Made by a program: the position numbers and the translations under genes. The notes beneath the pieces were generated by a model. The model saw only the letters and a program-made list of their open reading frames with translations, was not told the DNA's origin and ran no database searches. From a virus (taxonomy: Duplodnaviria > Caudoviricetes), in IMG/VR virus record IMGVR_UViG_3300020043_004884, positions 1-29,396 of that record: DNA of 29,396 nt; one strand, given 5' to 3'. Each line of letters starts with the position of its first letter. Within the stretch, counting starts at the first letter, position 1. Positions 23,812-29,396 of the stretch are shown here, one piece after another.

Positions 23812-25137
23812 TTATGCTGTTAGGGCATCCAACATGGCACTGAAACTTTGAGCGCGGCGAACGCCGGCGTCGTAGTATGTGCTGGCAACGAGCGTGCGGT
23901 ATCCCGCCTTTGCGTTGGTTGTGTCACGGACAAGCTCCAAGCTCATTCCACCCCAGTATCCAACGATGAAATCCCCGGCATTGCCAAAGAAGATCGCGGA
24001 GCTGAGGGATTGGTTGCCCTTGGTGAGGTCGCTGCGGATCGCATTGGTGATGCTGGTCGCGTAACCGTTGAGCGGAGCTTCTGGCGTGCGGACATCCCAT
24101 ACCTTGACGGAATCCGTCGAAGAGGTGTTGAGAGTCTTTTTCAGCTTGCCGCGAACCTTGGCGTTGGTGAAGTAGCGAACCGCGCCATCAAGGGCGTTGT
24201 CGATTGCCACTTCGGTTTCAAGGTCAACAATGTCGCTCCAGTCCGGCGCAGCACCGTTGGTTCCGCCGACAACCGATCCAATGCCGGAAGTCGCGGCGAT
24301 ACCGGTAGGTTCGCTGGTTCCGGTGCCGTGGAAGAATGCCTTTTCCTTAACCGCGTTCATGGACTTCATGATTTCGCTGCCTACGAATGTTTCGATGTTC
24401 TCAGGGGTTTGAGCCATGAGTTGATCGGAAATATCGCAGTAACCAGGAAGACGCTTTGGCGTCAGGTTTAGGTCGGTGAAGGTTCCGGCAACGTCGCCTG
24501 CGGCTTCGTTTTCGGTTTTTTTCACGGGTGCGGTTCCTTGCACATAACGTGGGATGTCGAGGTTGTTGACGAGTCCGGTGAATACAAGTGCTCCGTTCTG
24601 TTCAAGGACAGACGAGTTGTAAAAGTCACCGATCAATCCTTGCTTGCTGGTTGCCACAAGTGCGCCGCCGTATTGGTCGGTGGTGCCTCCGGTGACAGAC
24701 AGCGTAGCGCGTTGCTCGCGGCTGCGCATGAGGATGGATGGCAGGGAAATGCCGGAAATGTTCAGTCCTGCGGTGCGGGCTTCGCGCTCGCCTTCCTGAA
24801 TCATCTCAGCTTCCACGCCGTCAATCTGGCCGGGATTGCCTTTGAATGCGCGGTCAAGGTGGCGAACGATCTTGCCAAGGGAAAACTTGGCAACGTCGCG
24901 CTCTTCCTGCTTGCTGAACTGAATCGGCTTGCTGCCTTCAAGGGCAAGCTGGCGAAGTTCGGACTCGATGGTTACGGCAAGACCGTCGATTTCCCCTTGC
25001 AGGGCTTCGATCTTGTTGGCTTCGTCGCCGGTGAGGGCGCGTGCTTCCCCTGCTTCCGTTTTGGCGGAATCAAGGATGGTGCGGGCTTGCTTGATGAGGC
25101 CGCCGCGTGTTTCTTGTAGCGTTTTCAGCTTGTTCAT
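23812..25137 (-). CDS. Major capsid protein, HK97 fold with N-terminal delta domain (probable start ATG 25137)
   Basis: Coiled-coil N-terminus, GGALV, E......F..L.LTPKRL, ISDQL, GTGTSEPTGI, LNGY, FFGN, D.GVRRAQSF. Confidence 0.93.
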   Translation of the reverse strand: MNKLKTLQETRGGLIKQARTILDSAKTEAGEARALTGDEANKIEALQGEIDGLAVTIESELRQLALEGSKPIQFSKQEERDVAKFSLGKIVRHLDRAFKGNPGQIDGVEAEMIQEGEREARTAGLNISGISLPSILMRSREQRATLSVTGGTTDQYGGALVATSKQGLIGDFYNSSVLEQNGALVFTGLVNNLDIPRYVQGTAPVKKTENEAAGDVAGTFTDLNLTPKRLPGYCDISDQLMAQTPENIETFVGSEIMKSMNAVKEKAFFHGTGTSEPTGIAATSGIGSVVGGTNGAAPDWSDIVDLETEVAIDNALDGAVRYFTNAKVRGKLKKTLNTSSTDSVKVWDVRTPEAPLNGYATSITNAIRSDLTKGNQSLSSAIFFGNAGDFIVGYWGGMSLELVRDTTNAKAGYRTLVASTYYDAGVRRAQSFSAMLDALTA

Positions 25138-25157
25138 ATGCGTGTGGTGGTATTTGG

Positions 25158-25832
25158 TCAGTTGGTGGCCTCGGTTTGGTAAAGCCCAAGAACCGGGTGC
25201 CAACGGTTCTCAGGAGATTTTTCGGGTTCCGGTTCTGGCTCCGGTTCGGGTGAAATTTGCAAGGCCGCTTCCATGCTGCGGAGTGCAACGGATGTATCCA
25301 AGTATGCGGGATAAGTGACGGGGGAAACGTCGAATAGACGGGCAAAGCTGCGGATCGTTCGGAGAACGGTCGTCTTTGCTCCGTCGCGTTTCTCTTCCCA
25401 CTTCTGTCCTTCGTCCGTAACGGAAAACCCGAATGAAGATTGATCGACATCGCCACGGCGAATGCTTTCTAGGAGGTCGTCCCCGGCTCGCGTCTGTGGC
25501 GCGTCGAACTCATACCATAGCCCCGTCTCGTCGGTTCCGATGCGGAGCGTATCACCTTCCATGCCGCGCGAACGGGCGAGGATTTGCGAAGGGTCGTGAT
25601 TGAACAGGGCGCGAACGTCATCCTTCAAGACTGGATCAAATGCGCCTTGCTCGATGATTTCGTAAAACTCCCAATCCACGCCTCCGAGGTTCTGCGAGCG
25701 TTGGCCATACTTCGCAGCGTAGCCACGGACGGTGCGGCTGGGTGTTCCGTCCGTGGCGTTAGCGCGGATTTCCAAGGAGCTAGGCATAAACCTACGCTCC
25801 GTGGTGTTTGGTTGTGTGGGTGGAGTTTTCAT
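25158..25832 (-). CDS. HK97-family prohead protease
   Basis: GYAA, EIIEQGAF, ALFNHD, DETGL, SFGF, LFDVSPVTYPAY. Confidence 0.95.
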   Translation of the reverse strand: MKTPPTQPNTTERRFMPSSLEIRANATDGTPSRTVRGYAAKYGQRSQNLGGVDWEFYEIIEQGAFDPVLKDDVRALFNHDPSQILARSRGMEGDTLRIGTDETGLWYEFDAPQTRAGDDLLESIRRGDVDQSSFGFSVTDEGQKWEEKRDGAKTTVLRTIRSFARLFDVSPVTYPAYLDTSVALRSMEAALQISPEPEPEPEPEKSPENRWHPVLGLYQTEATN

Positions 25833-26191
25833 GCTTCAACGGCAATGATTTGGATTCTGACAGCGGCGGTGTTCGCCTGGGCGTAAAGGGTTGCGGATGC
25901 CGGCGTGAAATACATTGATTTCCCAGCGAGTAGCTTAACCTTGAAAACGGTTAGCCCTGAATCGCCACCAAACTCGACGTAGTTTGTCGCGTCTATGTTT
26001 GTGATCATTACGGCTTGCGGTGCGCCGGAAATCTCCCCGAATGAAACCGTTTCGGCGGTGGTGCCGATTGATTGGGTGGTCTGGATCAGGTCGTCCCCGG
26101 CCATGTCAGACCGCCCGGAAACGGAGTGCGCAACCTTTGCTCCGCCTTTCGTGGCGTTTAGCTGCAATGAGTAGTATAATTCGTTGGCCAT
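25829..26191 (-). CDS. Beta-rich hypothetical protein, possible capsid decoration protein
   Basis: ITNIDATNYVEFG...KLLAGKS...TLYAQANTA; coupled between portal and protease. Confidence 0.55.
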   Translation of the reverse strand: MANELYYSLQLNATKGGAKVAHSVSGRSDMAGDDLIQTTQSIGTTAETVSFGEISGAPQAVMITNIDATNYVEFGGDSGLTVFKVKLLAGKSMYFTPASATLYAQANTAAVRIQIIAVEA

Positions 26192-27498
26192 TATTCTTCG
26201 GGTGGTTGTGGTGGCGTTGCGGATGAAACCGCGCCTCCGGTGTTGTTGAGCGGAAGTGTGTAATCCTCGCCAATTGCATCGTTATCGAGGTCGTTCATCT
26301 CCATCAGGTTCCTGATTTCGTTGATGTTCATCACTCCGATTGAGCGCATCTTGCTGTAAAATTCAGCTTGCGCGGCCAATGCGACTTGCATCAGCGCGGC
26401 GCGGGAAAACTTAAAGTATAGTCCTGCGCGTCGTTCCGGCGTGGTGAGCAAGGTATAGTTTAACGATTGCTCCCAAGCGATGAGGTGCGGATTGAGTGAA
26501 TACGAAAGAAAGCCGAGGTTTTGCTGCTCGATCCCACTGCCCCAAGTGGTGCTTGCGGTGCTGTCTCCGATGAGGAAAGACGGAATACGGAAGGCGCGGG
26601 CGATTTCCTGAATCTCGAAACGGCGGGACTCCAGGAACTGAGCATCCGTCATGGTCATTCCGTTCGTTTGCTGATACTTCCAGTCTCCCCAAAGGATAGG
26701 AGTCTTGCCCTTGTTGTTGCCGTTGACGTAGCTTTTTTCCCACTCTTCCCGTGCATCCTTGATTTGATCCGCCTTCATTTCCTGCGGACTGGTTAGAACT
26801 CCGGGGAAGTTGGTTCCGTTCTTGACGAGGTTTCCAGCGGCTTGGGATTGGGCAATGGAAGTCCCGATGGGATTGCGGAGAAGATGGATGGGAGAGCATC
26901 CTTTAACGCCGTCTAACGAAAGGCTGTTGCGAACGTAAAGGACATCATATCGGGTGAGCGGCTGGCGAACACCTTCCACTTGGAAAAGGAGCATCCGCTG
27001 ATTGGCGACTTTCTGCGGCTCGACATTGTGCGGGCAAAGCCACTCCAGTTCCATCGGGGTTCCGTCCCCGGCGCGGTGGACTCGCGCGTATCCGTTGCCG
27101 TTGAAACCTTTCCCCGTCTCCATGAGCTGGCGTAGCTCAAAGGAGGTGTGCATGTCTCCCGGCGAATCGACAACAAACGCGGCGGGGTGGTCGGGGACTT
27201 CCTCGCGGCCAGCCGGGGTTTTGCGGTAGAGTTTGATCGGGAGTGATCCAATCATGTCGGCCAGCAATCCTACGCACGCGGTTACCGCCGATACGCTCGA
27301 CGCGGTTTTTTCCGTGACGGTTACGCCTGCCCCATTGCTTTGGTCGAGGATCAGGCTCAATTTCCCCGTCAAACTGTCGGGATGAGCGCGTGTTTCGGCC
27401 TGATCGCGGCGATTTGGCAGCGATTTGCCAACCATTCGCGGCTCCGAGATCACCCGAAGTTGTGGCTTTTTGCGGTTGGCGAGTCCGAACACGGACAA
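26191..27498 (-). CDS. Portal protein, HK97 family
   Basis: AVTACV..LA..IGSLP, GNGYA, GCSPI, DAQFLESRRF...EIARAFRIP, IEQQ, NEIR. Confidence 0.95.
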   Translation of the reverse strand: MSVFGLANRKKPQLRVISEPRMVGKSLPNRRDQAETRAHPDSLTGKLSLILDQSNGAGVTVTEKTASSVSAVTACVGLLADMIGSLPIKLYRKTPAGREEVPDHPAAFVVDSPGDMHTSFELRQLMETGKGFNGNGYARVHRAGDGTPMELEWLCPHNVEPQKVANQRMLLFQVEGVRQPLTRYDVLYVRNSLSLDGVKGCSPIHLLRNPIGTSIAQSQAAGNLVKNGTNFPGVLTSPQEMKADQIKDAREEWEKSYVNGNNKGKTPILWGDWKYQQTNGMTMTDAQFLESRRFEIQEIARAFRIPSFLIGDSTASTTWGSGIEQQNLGFLSYSLNPHLIAWEQSLNYTLLTTPERRAGLYFKFSRAALMQVALAAQAEFYSKMRSIGVMNINEIRNLMEMNDLDNDAIGEDYTLPLNNTGGAVSSATPPQPPEE

Positions 27499-27510
27499 CC
27501 AAATACGCTA

Positions 27511-27551
27511 ATGGACAAAAACTGTCCATCTTTTTGGACAAAAATTGTCCA
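27511..27551. promoter_or_regulatory. Tandem palindromic operator-like sites upstream of the portal gene
   Basis: TGGACA-AAAAC-TGTCCA (27512-27528) and TGGACA-AAAAT-TGTCCA (27535-27551). Confidence 0.6.
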
Positions 27552-27559
27552 TTTTCTTT

Positions 27560-28060
27560 CTATGCGGGCTTTCTTACCCACCAAGACGGGTGTTTTCCGT
27601 CGTCAATTATGGACAATTCCAGCCCATGACGGACGCAAAAAGCGTCAACTGCGTCCACCGTCGGCTGGTATTCGGGGCAGTAATCATGCCCTGCGAAGAT
27701 TCCGCCAGGCTTTACGACGGGATACCAGTCCTCAAGCGTTTGCCCGCCTTCCTGCCCGGTGTGCGCGTAGCCGTCGCAATAAACCATGTCCGCGTATCCG
27801 TGCGGAAAGATCGGCAACGCCTCGGTAAAGGTCATGCGGTGAAATCCCACCCTGTCCCGCCATTGCCACAAGTCTGACATGGCAAGCTGCATTTCCGCTT
27901 CATCGTGGTGATCGCTCCACCTGTCGATCCCGATGTAATACATGGACGGGTTGGCGGCGAGCATCTCAGCGGCGAATTTCCCGGCAGCTACGCCAAGCTC
28001 GATGACGAGTCCGCCTGATGGGATGAGGGTTACTAGTTCTGCGCGGGTTGTTGGGGTCAT
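27560..28060 (-). CDS. Class I SAM-dependent methyltransferase (Methyltransf_24-like)
   Basis: IELGVAAG, GIDRW, DMVYCDGYAH, W...VKPGGIFAGHDY, V..AVD.F, SWW. Confidence 0.88.
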   Translation of the reverse strand: MTPTTRAELVTLIPSGGLVIELGVAAGKFAAEMLAANPSMYYIGIDRWSDHHDEAEMQLAMSDLWQWRDRVGFHRMTFTEALPIFPHGYADMVYCDGYAHTGQEGGQTLEDWYPVVKPGGIFAGHDYCPEYQPTVDAVDAFCVRHGLELSIIDDGKHPSWWVRKPA

Positions 28061-28374
28061 GGTTTTTGTAATTTATATTTTTGCTTCCCCATTCTCATCC
28101 TAGTGCTCCAGACGGCTTTGCGTGATCTTCCTGTTTCTTTCCCGATAGCTGAATCTGTTTTGTTCCAGTCGATTTCGCTCCATTTGTCCATCATCGCTGA
28201 TTTTTTTAAATGGATTGCAAATACAGTATTAGGCGCGTATTTCCTTCTTGCTTTTGAAACCGTTGATTGAGCGATTCCAAGTTGCGCAGCAATTAAATCT
28301 GTTGGTTGATCCCAGTTGATGAGGTGCCACGCGTGTTTGGTTTTATGTAATTCGCCGTTTTTGTTGTATTTCAT
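28057..28374 (-). CDS. Twin-HTH DNA-binding protein
   Basis: Two repeats: WHLINWDQPTDLIAAQLGIAQSTVSKARRK and WSEIDWNKTDSAIGKETGRSRKAVWSTRMR; AT-rich. Confidence 0.7.
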   Translation of the reverse strand: MKYNKNGELHKTKHAWHLINWDQPTDLIAAQLGIAQSTVSKARRKYAPNTVFAIHLKKSAMMDKWSEIDWNKTDSAIGKETGRSRKAVWSTRMRMGKQKYKLQKP

Positions 28375-28439
28375 ATCTTAGTGTTCTTGTTAATTTACTC
28401 TAAATCCTAAATTCCTTAGGAGGGTTTGAATCCAAAAAG

Positions 28440-28750
28440 CAGCCTCTTACAATTTGTTCGGAGTCAGATTCGCGAACCATAACTGGCCGTTTCGGAATTT
28501 CGCTCTTCCTCGCGGATGGGATGAACCACTTCGCGCTCGGGGTGATAGGCTGCAATCATTGCCCGACGAGCTTCCTAGAATCCATGAGGCTTGCGCCCCT
28601 TTGCCTCTTGAGGGAAGGTTTCCCATCCGATTTAAGGCATGTCCGGTAAAGGAGTAAGCCCTGAGCGGGAGAGTGGAATACCGCTTCAGGGCTTTCAGCA
28701 TTACTGCTGGGGAGAAACTTTTGACGATTGATTCCACTCTCGCGTCGGGG
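28440..28750 (-). ncRNA. Candidate structured RNA
   Basis: Several stems, GNRA loops (GUAA, GCAA), an 11-nt loop-loop complementarity and a 9-bp long-range closing helix. Confidence 0.5.
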
Positions 28751-28790
28751 AAAGACAACCACCAATATGGACTTCCCGCAAGCATTATTT

Positions 28791-29396
28791 TCACCCAAAC
28801 GAAAACCCGTGCCTGATTACCGGCTCCGCTGGCCTTGTCATCGCCCTTCCCAGCGCAAAGATCGTGGAAACAACCGGGTCAATCTTGCTGCGGTTGTCCT
28901 CTTTGTTCGGATAGACATTCTCCTTTTTGTCCTCCTTCGCCGTCACGTTGCTGATCGCCCATGAAAGTATCGGGTCGCCGTTGTGGATAATCCGCTTGGA
29001 ACGGATCAAGGCATCAAGCTCCTTCATCGGTTCGCTCATGGTCAACATCACGTTGCGGTATTCGATCACGGGGATGTTTCGTTTCTGCATCTCCGCGAAA
29101 ATCCCCCACGCTCTGTTAGGGTCGCAGGCTACTTCGTCAACTTTGTATTTCTTTACCAACTCTTCCGCGTCATCCAGGAACGTCTCCGCATCCCATACAT
29201 CACCCGGCGTTTCGGTCAACCATCCTGCCCGTTTCCAAGTCTTGTAATGCTGGTTTTCCGGTAACTCAATCGTCGCTTCCGGCAGGTAGTATTTCCCAAA
29301 CAAGGCATACCGCTTTTCCGGCAAAATGAATAGCTGCATCATGGCCACGAGATCGTGCTTGCTGGCAAAGTCCGCGCCAATGATGCACGGGTATTC
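28791..29396 (-). CDS. terL: Terminase large subunit, C-terminal nuclease domain (partial)
   Basis: IIGADFASKHDL, Y..W...GWL..T.G, DP, MSEPMKEL, HNGDPILSWAISN, KIDPVV. Confidence 0.93.
   Translation of the reverse strand, partial: EYPCIIGADFASKHDLVAMMQLFILPEKRYALFGKYYLPEATIELPENQHYKTWKRAGWLTETPGDVWDAETFLDDAEELVKKYKVDEVACDPNRAWGIFAEMQKRNIPVIEYRNVMLTMSEPMKELDALIRSKRIIHNGDPILSWAISNVTAKEDKKENVYPNKEDNRSKIDPVVSTIFALGRAMTRPAEPVIRHGFSFG

Noticed and set aside
23848-25119. Long plus-strand ORFs opposite the capsid gene (and similar ones opposite other structural genes)
   Set aside because: These are codon-bias shadows with no recognisable motifs.
28447-28794. 115-aa ORF after terL as a protein gene
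   Set aside because: It has a GTG start, no recognisable motifs, and coincides with dense RNA-like structure. It is not fully excluded because it overlaps the terL stop.
1-29396. Integron integrase or other tyrosine/serine recombinase
   Set aside because: No ORF shows the R...HxxR...Y or serine recombinase motifs. One may lie outside the window.
1-29396. tRNA, rRNA or CRISPR array
   Set aside because: No cloverleaf or repeat-spacer array was seen by eye; a tRNAscan run would be needed to exclude tRNAs fully.

Overview
This window is about 29 kb of a tailed dsDNA phage or prophage with HK97-fold head genes and a siphovirus-type neck and tail. Almost every gene is on the minus strand. In transcription order (right to left) it contains: the terminase large subunit 3' end, a structured non-coding stretch, a twin-HTH gene and a SAM methyltransferase, the head genes (portal, protease, major capsid), neck and tail genes (frameshifted chaperone, short tape measure, tail fibre), a CHAP lysis cassette, small early genes, a RecE-like recombination block, replication genes (initiator with iterons, DnaC-like loader, DnaB), a QueC/transglycosylase-like/QueF-L-like 7-deazaguanine module and a C5 cytosine methyltransferase cut by the left edge. 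The most striking feature is five integron attC-type sites with the canonical core, spacer and extrahelical-base geometry. Four of them follow an attI-like site and form a four-cassette array at 9082-10777; the fifth sits at the start of the methyltransferase gene. Most cassette genes are phage-type genes oriented opposite to normal integron cassettes, and their start and stop codons often lie inside the attC sites. No integrase is visible in the window. All family assignments come from motif recognition by eye; no searches were run and the host cannot be determined.
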